DNA of 64,000 bases from Candidatus Binatia bacterium (GTDB lineage: Bacteria > Desulfobacterota > Binatia > UBA12015), in the NCBI GenBank assembly GCA_965658895.1, contig CBFHUR010000002.1:21451-85450 (forward strand), in the 5' to 3' direction. Below are positions 29,749 through 39,324 of the stretch, piece after piece (positions within the stretch are counted from its first letter, which is position 1; the number at the start of each line of letters is the position of its first letter). The position numbers and the translations under genes were made by a program. A model generated the notes under the pieces. That model saw only the letters and a program-made list of their open reading frames with translations. It ran no database searches and was not told where the DNA came from.

Positions 29749-31536
29749 ATGTCGCAAGAGAGTGAAGCGTCCCGGACAGCGCGGATTCTGGTCGAAGAAC
29801 TTGTGGCTTCCGGGTTGCGAGATGTTTGCGTGTCGCCCGGAAGCCGGTCGACGCCTCTGACGTTGGCCTTTGTGGATCACGGCGAGGTGAGCGTTTCGTC
29901 TCATATTGATGAACGCTCCGGTAGTTTCTATGCCTTGGGTCTGGCGAAGAGTGCGGGTCGACCCGTGGCTCTGGTCTGCACCTCGGGGACGGCAGTCGCG
30001 AACTATCTCCCGGCCGTCATCGAGGCGAGCCTTTCGCGCGTGCCGCTGGTCATCCTGAGCGCGGATCGCCCACCGGAATTGCAGGATTGCGGCGCCAACC
30101 AGACGATTCAACAGGAAGGTCTTTTTGGCCACTATGTGCGCTTTGCGACCACCGTCCCTGCGGGCACTTCGGGAGATCGCTCGGAAGTCGCCCTGCGTCG
30201 CCTGGTCGATCGAACGGTTGCCGAAGCGTGTGGGCAACGACCGGGCCCCGTTCACCTCAATTGTCAGTTTCGCGAGCCGTTCCTGCCGCGGGCCGGCACT
30301 TCTCTCGCAATAGAAGAGAGCACCGAGATTCCCGAAGAGTCCGGACTTCCGAGCATACCAAGCATAAGGAGTACCCCGAGCGCGCAAACGCGCACCTATC
30401 CGCCAGGGGCCGCGATCAAGCCGGAGATTCCTAGCGAGATTGCCGAGCTTGTGGCCCGCAGCCAAAGACCCTTGATGATCCTGGGTCCCCGTGGCCCCGA
30501 GGCCGGCGTGATCGCCGACCCCTTGCACCAATTGGCGCAGCGCCTCGGTGCAGCCGTCTTCGCCGAGGTCACTGCGAACTTGCGCCACGAAACCTCCATC
30601 TCCGGTCGTGTGGATGGCTACGACGCGCTCTTGCGGGCCGGGCAACCAGAAGAGTTGCCGGATCTGATCCTGCGCGGGGGAGGTGTCCCGACCTCCAAGG
30701 CCTTGTCGAAGTTCCTCGCGAATTGCCAAGGTGTCCCGCAGATTGTTCTGGCAGAGCCGGGAGAGTGGCCCGACCCCGAAGCCAGCGCCACGCACCTGCT
30801 TGCCGGCTCGCTCGCCGGTCTGCTGACGGCCCTTGCAGATCAAGTGCCCGAGGAGAGACCCCGGGGGGCCTGGGCTGAAGGTTGGGTTGCGGCCGGATCC
30901 GAAGCGCGTCGACGGCTGGACGCCTGCCTCGACCGGGCGCCTGCGGTGGAGGGAGCCGTGGTGCGGGACGCAGCTCGGATTCTGGGTGTTCAGGATGCAC
31001 TCTTTGTGGGTAATTCGCTCGCGGTTCGGGATCTCGATCTTTTCTGCGATTCGTCGGCGTGCGACGCACCGGTGTTTGTGAATCGCGGCGCGTCGGGGAT
31101 CGACGGGCTGGTGTCGACGGTATTCGGGATTGCGGCAGGCCATGCGGGCGCGACGCTCGGCGTGATGGGTGATGTTTCCTTTCTGCACGATGCCGGTGGA
31201 TTGCTTGCGGCGACACGCACGGCGTCGCGCGCGGTGCTGGTGGTTCTCGATAACGACGGTGGGGGTATTTTTGATCATCTACCTCTGGCATCCGAGGGGC
31301 ACCCGTCCTTTGAGGAGTTCTTTATCACCTCGCATGGTCGCTCGATTGCAGAGATCAGCCGTGCCTGGGGTGTTGCGGCGAGCGAAGTGACAGCGAATGA
31401 ATTTTCCGAATCGCTGCGCTCGGTTCTCGCGGGCGGCGAGAGCCACGTCCTGGTTGTGGCCATCGACCGTTCCGAATCGCAGACCGTGCACCGCGAGGCC
31501 ATTGAAATGCTTGATAAGGTGCCGGGATGGAACTGA
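29749..31536 (+). CDS. menD: 2-succinyl-5-enolpyruvyl-6-hydroxy-3-cyclohexene-1-carboxylate synthase (TPP enzyme)
   Basis: N-terminus 'ILVEELVASGLRDVCVSPGSRSTPLTLAF' and a TPP-binding GDVSFLHD-type region. Confidence 0.85.
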   Translation: MSQESEASRTARILVEELVASGLRDVCVSPGSRSTPLTLAFVDHGEVSVSSHIDERSGSFYALGLAKSAGRPVALVCTSGTAVANYLPAVIEASLSRVPLVILSADRPPELQDCGANQTIQQEGLFGHYVRFATTVPAGTSGDRSEVALRRLVDRTVAEACGQRPGPVHLNCQFREPFLPRAGTSLAIEESTEIPEESGLPSIPSIRSTPSAQTRTYPPGAAIKPEIPSEIAELVARSQRPLMILGPRGPEAGVIADPLHQLAQRLGAAVFAEVTANLRHETSISGRVDGYDALLRAGQPEELPDLILRGGGVPTSKALSKFLANCQGVPQIVLAEPGEWPDPEASATHLLAGSLAGLLTALADQVPEERPRGAWAEGWVAAGSEARRRLDACLDRAPAVEGAVVRDAARILGVQDALFVGNSLAVRDLDLFCDSSACDAPVFVNRGASGIDGLVSTVFGIAAGHAGATLGVMGDVSFLHDAGGLLAATRTASRAVLVVLDNDGGGIFDHLPLASEGHPSFEEFFITSHGRSIAEISRAWGVAASEVTANEFSESLRSVLAGGESHVLVVAIDRSESQTVHREAIEMLDKVPGWN

Positions 31537-32324
31537 GCTGCGTGACGGCAGGGCAGGGCCCCCCCCTGGTTCTCCTGCACGGCTTCACGGGAAATCATAC
31601 GAGCTGGGAAGAATGGCCCCCGGAGTTCGAACAAGGAAGATTTGTTCTCGCCGTGGATCTACCGGGCCATGGTCGCACAGGCATCGACCGCCAAGACCCA
31701 GCCGGGGGTCTGCCCGCGGTAGCCGCGGCGTTGGATCGCCTTCTCGACGCCTATTCGATTCAGCAGGCCGATTTCATCGGGTACTCCATGGGCGGCCGGG
31801 CGCTGCTGCATTTCGCCCACCTTTTTCCCCATCGGGTTACCTCGATGGTCATCCTGAGTGCTTCACCGGGGATCGAGGATGCGACCGAGAAAGAAGAGCG
31901 CGCTAGAGCCGACGATGCTCTGGCCGATCGAATCGAAACCCATGGGCTCGAGAGGTTCGTAACGGAGTGGATGGAGCAACCTCTCTTTCAAACTTTGGCG
32001 CATGCGGACCCCGCGCGAGTTGCACGAGAGAGGTCAAGAAAACTTTCCGGGGATGCCGGTCGGTTTGCCGACGCCCTGCGCCAGATGAGCCCGGGGCGCC
32101 AGCCGTCGCTTTGGTCGTCTCTTGGCGAGATGCGGATCCCCAGCTTGATTGCGGCCGGTTCCCTCGACAAAAAATATGTCGCCATGGCCCATCGCATGGC
32201 AACCTTGATGCCCGAGGCGCGCGCTGTCGTGATTCCGGAGGCTGGTCATGCTCTCTTGCTCGAGAAGCCTGTCGAGACCGCGGCGGCGGTCGCCGCTTTC
32301 GCGGCGGAAAGAGCGAGTTCATGA
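31527..32324 (+). CDS. menH: 2-succinyl-6-hydroxy-2,4-cyclohexadiene-1-carboxylate synthase (alpha/beta hydrolase)
   Basis: 'LVLLHGFTGN' and a nucleophile elbow 'GYSMGGR'. Operon position. Confidence 0.7.
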   Translation: MELSCVTAGQGPPLVLLHGFTGNHTSWEEWPPEFEQGRFVLAVDLPGHGRTGIDRQDPAGGLPAVAAALDRLLDAYSIQQADFIGYSMGGRALLHFAHLFPHRVTSMVILSASPGIEDATEKEERARADDALADRIETHGLERFVTEWMEQPLFQTLAHADPARVARERSRKLSGDAGRFADALRQMSPGRQPSLWSSLGEMRIPSLIAAGSLDKKYVAMAHRMATLMPEARAVVIPEAGHALLLEKPVETAAAVAAFAAERASS

Positions 32325-33202
32325 GGCGCGTTTTATCGATTTGGTGGGAGGCGGCCAGGCCGCGCACGCTCGCGGCGGCGGTCGCGCCGATTCTTGTCGG
32401 GATGGGTGCGGCCTTTGCACAGGGCGCCCTGCGGCCGCTGGTGATCGGCGCGATCTTGCTGGCAGCCGTCGCGATTCAAATTGGCACGAACTTCATTAAC
32501 GATTGGGGCGACTTCCAAAGGGGTGCCGACGGCCCGGATCGCAAGGGGCCTCGGCGCGCGGTTTCGTCGGGTGAGGTCTCTCCGCAGATGATGTTGCGCG
32601 CCGGCCTGGCCTCGTTCGCGCTGGCGGCTCTGCTGGGGACCTATCTGGTCGGAGTTGGGGGATGGCCGATTGTCTGGATCGGGATTCTCTCGATTCTATC
32701 AGGAATCGCCTATACCGCCGGGCCCTTGCCGCTGGCCTACGTCGGACTCGGGGACCTGTTTGTATTCCTCTTTTTCGGCCCGGTCGCGGTGCTGGGAACC
32801 GAGTGGCTGATGGTGGATCGCATCACGCTGGTGGGAGCGATCGGATCGATTTCTGTGGGCACTCTCGCGACGGCAATCCTGGTGGTCAATAATATTCGGG
32901 ACGTCGCCGGAGACACGGCGGCGGGTAAACGAACATTGATCGTCCGCTACGGCGTGGTCTGGGGAAGACGATTCTATACGGCTCTCCTGAGCGCGGCCTT
33001 CCTATGTCCCTTGTTCCTGGTTCTGGCGGGACTGGCTCCACCTACCGTCATGCTCAGTTGGTTTGCCGCACCTCTGGCCCGCTCCCCGCTCGCTCTGGTC
33101 TATCGCAAGGATGCGGGTGCTGCTCTGAATGGGGCTCTGGCGGAAACCGCCCGACTGCAGTTGGGGTTCTCTGCTCTGCTGGCTTTGGGTCTGACGTTAT
33201 GA
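32321..33202 (+). CDS. menA: 1,4-dihydroxy-2-naphthoate polyprenyltransferase (UbiA family)
   Basis: 'RPRTLAAAVAPILVG', 'NFINDWGDFQRGAD' (Asp-rich motif) and multiple TM segments. ATGA overlap with menH. Confidence 0.8.
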   Translation: MRRVLSIWWEAARPRTLAAAVAPILVGMGAAFAQGALRPLVIGAILLAAVAIQIGTNFINDWGDFQRGADGPDRKGPRRAVSSGEVSPQMMLRAGLASFALAALLGTYLVGVGGWPIVWIGILSILSGIAYTAGPLPLAYVGLGDLFVFLFFGPVAVLGTEWLMVDRITLVGAIGSISVGTLATAILVVNNIRDVAGDTAAGKRTLIVRYGVVWGRRFYTALLSAAFLCPLFLVLAGLAPPTVMLSWFAAPLARSPLALVYRKDAGAALNGALAETARLQLGFSALLALGLTL

Positions 33203-34308
33203 TCGTCGAGCGATTGGTTTTGACCCCCTACGAGATTCCGTTCGCCGAGGTTGTTTCGACAGCCTCCAGGCGTCTCCGGGCACGGCGAGGTTTGGTCGTC
33301 GAACTGGAAACCGAGGTCGGAGTCGGATTGGGCGATATGGCGCCACACCCCGGCTTGCCCGATGCCGACTGGCAGGAATTTCAGGGAACCGCCCAAAGGG
33401 TGGCGGCTGGTCTGGTCGGGGCACGGCTGGGGCCGCCCGAAGATATGGATTGGGTGGACCTGGCCGGGGAGAGTTTACCCGATCCTGCCGGAAGTCTGGT
33501 CGCGGGTGTCCGCATGGGTCTGGACATGGCTCTGCATGATCTGGCCTCCCGTGCCGCCGGGGTTTCGCTGGCCCGCTTCCTGAATGCCGAGGCGTCTGAC
33601 CGCGTGGACTCAAGCGCCCTCTTGCCGGGCCACATGCCGATAGATGCGGCGCATGGATTTCTGGCCGAGGGGTATCGCGTTGCCAAATGCAAGGCGCATC
33701 CGGACCCCGAGAAGACCCAGCGCAACCTGCTTGCACTGCGTCAGGCGGTGCCCGGTCTGCGTTTGCGCCTGGATGTGAATGGCGCATGGAGCCCGGCTGC
33801 AGCTGTGGAGTTCTGTCGGCAAATGCCGGCGGATTCTCTCGAGTGGATTGAGCAGCCGGTAGCTCCGGGGGACCTCGCCGGTCTGCGGGCCGTTCGCGAG
33901 ACCGGCGTCCGTGTCGCAGCCGACGAAGGTGTTTGTTGTGCCGAGGATGTGAGTGCTTTGGCCGCCGCGAAGGCAGCCGACGTGATCGTTCTGAAGCTCA
34001 TGCAGGTCGGGGGTATCGCGGCCGCAAGCCGGATTGCTCTTGCGGCAAATCAGCATGGGCTCGAGATCTGTCTGACCACCGGCATGGATTCGTCGATTGC
34101 AACCGCAGCAGCATTGCATTTGAGCGCAGCCTTGCAGCCCGATACCGACAGCGGTTTCTCGACGCTTTCCCTTCTGGCGGGAGATCTCGTGTCGCATGGG
34201 TTGCGCGAGGGCCCTTGGATGGAGGTGCCGGAAGGTCCGGGGTTGGGCGTGACCCTCGATCGTTCCTCTCGGTTCCTCGGAACTTCCGAGGTCCATGCGC
34301 GTGTCTGA
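33199..34308 (+). CDS. menC: o-succinylbenzoate synthase (enolase superfamily)
   Basis: MR/MLE-type motifs (KCK..., 'LRLDVNGAW', 'IEQP') and the men context. ATGA overlap with menA. Confidence 0.75.
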   Translation: MIVERLVLTPYEIPFAEVVSTASRRLRARRGLVVELETEVGVGLGDMAPHPGLPDADWQEFQGTAQRVAAGLVGARLGPPEDMDWVDLAGESLPDPAGSLVAGVRMGLDMALHDLASRAAGVSLARFLNAEASDRVDSSALLPGHMPIDAAHGFLAEGYRVAKCKAHPDPEKTQRNLLALRQAVPGLRLRLDVNGAWSPAAAVEFCRQMPADSLEWIEQPVAPGDLAGLRAVRETGVRVAADEGVCCAEDVSALAAAKAADVIVLKLMQVGGIAAASRIALAANQHGLEICLTTGMDSSIATAAALHLSAALQPDTDSGFSTLSLLAGDLVSHGLREGPWMEVPEGPGLGVTLDRSSRFLGTSEVHARV

Positions 34309-35764
34309 TTGGGTATGCCGACAGGCGCAGCAACGCCCGGATCATCCAGCGATAATCGATGATCAGGGAAACGTATTGACCTTTGCCGCTCTGGAGCAGC
34401 GGATCGTCGACCAATGCCGAAAATTTCAGCAGGCCCGCGTGCCCTCCGAGGCGGTTCTTTTCAGTCTGCTTCCCGCGGGTCCGGACTTCGTGGTGCTTCT
34501 TCATGCTACGCGCCGGCTGGGTGCCACGCTCGCGGTGGCAAGTCCTGAATGGACTGCCAACGAGATCCGGCGCGCCGTGAAGCTGGCGGCGCCCGACTGG
34601 GTTTTTCTGGACGCATCCCTGGGGGAGGCAGCGCGGATGGCTGCGCAGGCATCCGGTGCAGCGATTTTTTGCAGAGAATCCGGGAAGCCCGATCCGATTC
34701 CCTCGCCCGGAGAGACCTTGCCGGAGCCCAACTCGGACTCACAGCGCCCGTTCACGCTGCTTTTTACCTCCGGCACATCGGGGAAAGCCAAAGCGATTGT
34801 TCATAGCGCGGCAAACTATCGCGCGAGCACGATGGCTGGCGCACGGCGCCTGGGCTCAAGCGATGACGATGTCTGGCTTGCGGCAATGCCCCTTCATCAC
34901 GTCGGCGGACTGGCCATCGTGGTTCGCTGTGCCATTTTGGGCACCACGGTGCGGCTGCAAAAGGGATTTGATCCCGCACGCGTGGCCGAGTCCCTGTTGT
35001 CGGGCACCATAACACAGGCCTCGGTCGTGCCGGCCATGATCGACCCGTTGCTGGAAGCGCTCGATGGCCGCGGAGTGCCTTCGCAGCTCCGTTTCGTTCT
35101 GGTGGGGGGTGCATTGGCGACAGAAGAACTATTGGCGCGTGCGCAGAAGGCAGGCCTCCCGGTGGCACCTACCTATGGAATGACCGAGACCACCTCGCAG
35201 ATCGCGACCGCGTGCCCTGGGACCGGCCGTTTTCGCTCGGGTGAGGTGGGAGAGCCGCTCGATGTGACCGAAGTGCGGGTGGTCGATTCCCACGGGAAGC
35301 GATCCGCCAGCGGGACCGGCGTCATCGAAGTTCGTGGCCCCACGCTGGGACTGGGGCGGCTCGAAGCATCGGGTCAGATGCAGAGTCTGACCGATGAAGA
35401 TGGCTGGATGCGGACCATGGACAAGGGCTCCCTTGATGCATCGGGCGTTTTGCAGATCCTGGGCCGCATGGATGACGTCATCGTCACGGGTGGTGAAAAC
35501 GTATCCCCCGGGGAGGTGGAAACGGCCCTGTCCGAGCATTCCGACGTGGCAGAGATTGCCGTGGTCGGGCGCCCGCATGAACGATGGGGTTCGGCGGTCA
35601 CAGCTGTGATTGTGCCTGCCGCCGGTGTCCGCCCTTCCGTCGAAGATTTGCGGCAGTTCGCCGCGGTTCGGCTCGCTCGCCATAAACTACCCCATGCGGT
35701 GGAGTTCCGGGACGAACTTCCCCGAACCACCTCGGGGAAACTGCAAAGGCATAAATTGCGCTAG
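34295..35764 (+). CDS. menE: o-succinylbenzoate--CoA ligase (AMP-binding)
   Basis: 'LFTSGTSGKAKAI' P-loop, 'TYGMTET' and C-terminal 'SGKLQRHKLR'. Confidence 0.8.
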   Translation: MRVSDWVCRQAQQRPDHPAIIDDQGNVLTFAALEQRIVDQCRKFQQARVPSEAVLFSLLPAGPDFVVLLHATRRLGATLAVASPEWTANEIRRAVKLAAPDWVFLDASLGEAARMAAQASGAAIFCRESGKPDPIPSPGETLPEPNSDSQRPFTLLFTSGTSGKAKAIVHSAANYRASTMAGARRLGSSDDDVWLAAMPLHHVGGLAIVVRCAILGTTVRLQKGFDPARVAESLLSGTITQASVVPAMIDPLLEALDGRGVPSQLRFVLVGGALATEELLARAQKAGLPVAPTYGMTETTSQIATACPGTGRFRSGEVGEPLDVTEVRVVDSHGKRSASGTGVIEVRGPTLGLGRLEASGQMQSLTDEDGWMRTMDKGSLDASGVLQILGRMDDVIVTGGENVSPGEVETALSEHSDVAEIAVVGRPHERWGSAVTAVIVPAAGVRPSVEDLRQFAAVRLARHKLPHAVEFRDELPRTTSGKLQRHKLR

Positions 35765-35809
35765 AGATTCAGCGGCGGGATCTCTTTCGCTTGACCCGGC
35801 TGATGCCGG

Positions 35810-36418
35810 ATGGAAAACGAACGGAACGGCATGGACGCACGGGTCAAGATCCTTCAATCTGCCAATCGCCTTTTTGCACGGCAGGGCTACGAGAACACAT
35901 CTCTGGCCAGCGTGGCGCGCGAGGCCAAGGTCTCCAAAGCCCTCATCTTCTGGCATTTCGAGAATAAGGAGTGTCTGTTTGATGAAGTGATTGCCGAGAC
36001 GATCGCCCCCTACCATATCGAAGGCGGGGACATCGAACACGTGAACGCCCTGCCGCCGGACGACGCCCTGGAGATGATCGCCGAGCGATATACGGCATTT
36101 GTATTGGAACATATCGACTCGGTCCGATTTTTTCTGAGTCTGTTTTTGCGCGAAGAAAAAATGCCCGATGCTTTTTTTGCCCAAGTTCTCGAGCTCTACC
36201 GTCACTTCCAGCGGTTGATCTTCGAGAATATCGAGCGTGGGCAAAACGAAGGAATGTTCGCCAAGGATCTCGACGGGCATATGCGGGCAAGCCTCATTCT
36301 CTCGACCCTCAACGGCATTCTGGTCCAGGGTCTGGTGACCACCGATGGCTCGCTCTCGGCCACGGGCCTGGTAACTGCCTTGCGCGAGACCCTCATCGAT
36401 CCGATGCGGACTTCCTGA
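35810..36418 (+). CDS. TetR/AcrR-family transcriptional regulator
   Basis: HTH 'ILQSANRLFARQGYENTSLASVAREAKVSKALIFWHFENKE'. Confidence 0.8.
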   Translation: MENERNGMDARVKILQSANRLFARQGYENTSLASVAREAKVSKALIFWHFENKECLFDEVIAETIAPYHIEGGDIEHVNALPPDDALEMIAERYTAFVLEHIDSVRFFLSLFLREEKMPDAFFAQVLELYRHFQRLIFENIERGQNEGMFAKDLDGHMRASLILSTLNGILVQGLVTTDGSLSATGLVTALRETLIDPMRTS

Positions 36419-36442
36419 AGTCGCCTCGGGCAGAGCGGCTGC

Positions 36443-37195
36443 TCAGGTAGAGGTGTCCCCGTTGTTCGCAGGCGGTGGCGCCGGGCTGCCCTTCCATTGG
36501 AGATAGAAGGATAGGCCCGTGTAGTAGATCGGGTAGAGCAGGGTGAGTGCGGCCAGGTCCATGCGGCGCTCGGGCAGGGCATTGATCACGACCAGGCCCA
36601 CCAATCCCCAGACGATTCCCAGAAGGACGGACGTCGGCCGCATGAAAATCGTTCGCGACGGGTAGACGAATTTCAGCGGAGCAAAGACCAGAATGGCAAG
36701 CCCGAAGGTGATCGCAGCAGAGATCATCGGCGGAATGGCAAAGATGTAGAGGTAGAAGGTCAGAATGTTCCAGTAGGAAGGAAACCCGGTGAAGAAATGG
36801 TCTTCGGTTTTCGCGGCAACGTGACAAAAGCGGTAGGCCGAGGCGAGCACGGCGGCGCTCCCGGCGATGAGGCCGAAGGGGCCTTGCAGAATTCCGGTCG
36901 CCAGCATCAGTGATACCGGGACCATGACGAAGGTCATGTAATCGACGATGTCATCGAGCTTCGCGCCATCAAAGACCGGCAGGACTTCTTTGACGCGAAC
37001 CAGGCGAGCCAGGGCGCCGTCCATGGCGTCGATGACCACGGCAAGCGAGAGCCAGAGAAACGCGACCCGAATATCGTTTTGATAAATCGCCGACAGAGCA
37101 CCGAGGGTGCAGATCGTGCCGAAGGCCGTAAAGAAGTGGACCGACCAGGCAGCCAACCGGCGCTGCGGGGTTTCCTGTGTGGGTCGAGTCGACAT
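36443..37195 (-). CDS. CDP-alcohol phosphatidyltransferase family membrane protein (Pcs/PgsA-like)
   Basis: Motif 'DAMDGALAR...G...FDGAKLDDIVDYM' (D-x2-DG-x2-AR...G-x3-D-x3-D) and a polytopic membrane topology. Confidence 0.6.
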   Translation of the reverse strand: MSTRPTQETPQRRLAAWSVHFFTAFGTICTLGALSAIYQNDIRVAFLWLSLAVVIDAMDGALARLVRVKEVLPVFDGAKLDDIVDYMTFVMVPVSLMLATGILQGPFGLIAGSAAVLASAYRFCHVAAKTEDHFFTGFPSYWNILTFYLYIFAIPPMISAAITFGLAILVFAPLKFVYPSRTIFMRPTSVLLGIVWGLVGLVVINALPERRMDLAALTLLYPIYYTGLSFYLQWKGSPAPPPANNGDTST

Positions 37196-37617
37196 CAGAG
37201 CGTCTCCGGGATGGCCATTTTGGACAACGTGGGTTCAAAGAGAATCTGGACCGAATTTCCGTCCGGATCCGCAACGTAGCAGGAAACACTATCGTCGCGG
37301 TGGGTGCGGGTGGCTTGCAGGATCTGAACCCCGGCAGCGCGCAAAGCTTCCTCGGCGGGGCCGACCTCGTCCGCTTGGGCCACCAGCACTCCTATATGGT
37401 CCAAAGCTCCGGGTCGGGCGAGGTCATCGGCGCGGTGAAGGGCCAGATTATCGCACCCGGACGAGAGGTAGATATTTTCGGCATCGGGCTGCCAGACAAC
37501 GGAAAACCCCAGTAGATCGCGGTAAAAATGGAGTGAACCTTCCAGATCCATCACGTTCAAGGCGACGTGACGCAGACCTAGGTGCTTCACAGCTGGTTTC
37601 TGGTCGTTCATGCGCAT
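37195..37617 (-). CDS. VOC/glyoxalase-bleomycin-resistance-dioxygenase family protein
   Basis: 'HLGLRHVALNVMDLEGSLHFYRDLLGF' beta-alpha-beta-beta-beta module. Confidence 0.6.
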   Translation of the reverse strand: MRMNDQKPAVKHLGLRHVALNVMDLEGSLHFYRDLLGFSVVWQPDAENIYLSSGCDNLALHRADDLARPGALDHIGVLVAQADEVGPAEEALRAAGVQILQATRTHRDDSVSCYVADPDGNSVQILFEPTLSKMAIPETL

Positions 37618-37662
37618 CTGTCTTCTACACGATTGAGGCCTTTCCTGCGACGTTTGCCTCTC

Positions 37663-39324
37663 CTAAGGTTGAACGTGAAGGACGCGGCCATCCCCTGGCG
37701 CGACCAGCCAGAGACCGCCCTCGGTCGTGGCGACAATCGGCACCTCGCGGGGGTAGCGAGCCCGGGAACTTTCCAGGGGAAGATTGTCGATCAGCCGGAT
37801 GAGTCCCCCGTCCGAACGCCTCTGTGTCAGGGAGGATCTTCCGAGTTCGACGACAAAAGTCCGGCCACCACGGCCCTGAGCGATCCCGACGGGCCGGGAT
37901 AATTCGCTCGATAGCGACGACGGTGCCTCCTGCTCCCGCAGTGAGATGATCCGACCACCTTCGGGTTCGGTCACCAGAAGGCGTTCGCGGTCGCTGGTCA
38001 GCGCCAGAGGTGAAACCAGCGCGTAGGTCATCGGCCACCAGAGACCATCGCTGGTAATTCGCAGAATCTGCCCACTCCCGGTCTCGGCGACGGCGATCTC
38101 TCCGGTCCAGAGTCGGGTCAGGCTGGTCGGCCAATCCATCCCGCCGGAGAATTCCTCGACTGCCGGATTACGCAAAGGGAACTGGTAGACGCGGCCCTGA
38201 GCAGGGGCTGAGACATAGACGGTTTGATCGTTGCCGACGACAATCCCCGACGCCGTGGTGAACCCGGGTGTGATGCCGTGAGCGGCAACCAGCGAGAGCT
38301 CGTTGCCCTGCAGTCGTTTGACCGAGAGCCCGTCGGCGATGAGAAGCGAGTTACCCCAGAGAGTTGCTCCCTGAGGCAAGAGAAGGCCTCCGGGAATGAG
38401 CGTCACGGGTCGTCCGCCAAAGGGCCGGAGGCGCTCGACCGAACCCCAGATGGCATTGGTGATCAAGGTGGAGCTTCCGCAAATGGCCAGATCGTTGATG
38501 CCTGCCCGGAGTTGTTTGATCGGCCGCGGCGGTGCCTCAACTTGCAGGGAAGAAAAGCCGACGATCCGACCGTTACCGCTTTCGACGACACCGGGTTGTC
38601 CGTTGGGGAGGCGCCTCACCGCCAGCGGGGACCACAGACCTCTCATCAATCGTGTGCGTCGTCCCGTCGCGGGATCAATGCTCCAGACCTCGCCCTTCTC
38701 ACCCAGGGGGACCAGCAGCATGCTTTCGAATAACCCGGGTGTTCCGGGACAACCAAGACCGGCGGCAATTTTTTCGGGAGGCCCACCGGACGCAGAGAGT
38801 CGCGATACAGAGCCTTCCCGGTCGCATTGGCTGAAATAAATTTCCCCCCCTTTTGCCAGCAAGCCCGAGAGATTCGGGAGGTTGGGGCCCGCCACCGTCC
38901 ACGTGCCATCCTCGGTTCGCTTCCAGAGAGCCGCTCCGGTTGTATCCGTCACCCACAGGGTACCCTGATCATCGAAGGCAAGATGGGTGGGGGACTCGAG
39001 TTCCCCCGGAATGGCAAGCGTGGAAAGCGATCCATCCGGGGTCAGTCGCCGGATCCGGCTGACGGCGGCCTCGGAGATCAGAGCCTCCCCTTCGCGGCAT
39101 GTGATTCCGTCGGCTCCCCGCAGGGCGGTGGGCTGGATTACCGTTTCAAATGTCGTTTGCCCCAGGGCACGGGGCTCGGTGGAGGCGCCGGCCGCTGGCC
39201 GAGGTTGTCCCTCGCGGAGGGCTTGCTCCAGAGCCGCACCCGGATCGACCGCCGAGCAGGAAATCACCATGCCGCACCAAAGAAGCGCTCCGATAAGCGA
39301 CCCGAACCGAAGTCGTATGCTCAT
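37663..39324 (-). CDS. secreted beta-propeller repeat protein (NHL/SGL-like), translationally coupled to the upstream acyltransferase
   Basis: Signal peptide/lipobox 'LIGALLWCGMVISC' and repeated 'DG.L.V.D..G..L.R' blades. ATGA overlap at 39321-39324. Start trimmed to MSIRL. Confidence 0.5.
   Translation of the reverse strand: MSIRLRFGSLIGALLWCGMVISCSAVDPGAALEQALREGQPRPAAGASTEPRALGQTTFETVIQPTALRGADGITCREGEALISEAAVSRIRRLTPDGSLSTLAIPGELESPTHLAFDDQGTLWVTDTTGAALWKRTEDGTWTVAGPNLPNLSGLLAKGGEIYFSQCDREGSVSRLSASGGPPEKIAAGLGCPGTPGLFESMLLVPLGEKGEVWSIDPATGRRTRLMRGLWSPLAVRRLPNGQPGVVESGNGRIVGFSSLQVEAPPRPIKQLRAGINDLAICGSSTLITNAIWGSVERLRPFGGRPVTLIPGGLLLPQGATLWGNSLLIADGLSVKRLQGNELSLVAAHGITPGFTTASGIVVGNDQTVYVSAPAQGRVYQFPLRNPAVEEFSGGMDWPTSLTRLWTGEIAVAETGSGQILRITSDGLWWPMTYALVSPLALTSDRERLLVTEPEGGRIISLREQEAPSSLSSELSRPVGIAQGRGGRTFVVELGRSSLTQRRSDGGLIRLIDNLPLESSRARYPREVPIVATTEGGLWLVAPGDGRVLHVQP

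Noticed and set aside
28120-31291. Several long minus-strand ORFs (265, 317, 242, 562 and 240 aa) across ubiE, menF and menD
   Set aside because: All are antisense to genes with clear homology and operon logic, and are Arg/Pro/Ala-rich low-complexity translations typical of GC-rich antisense frames.
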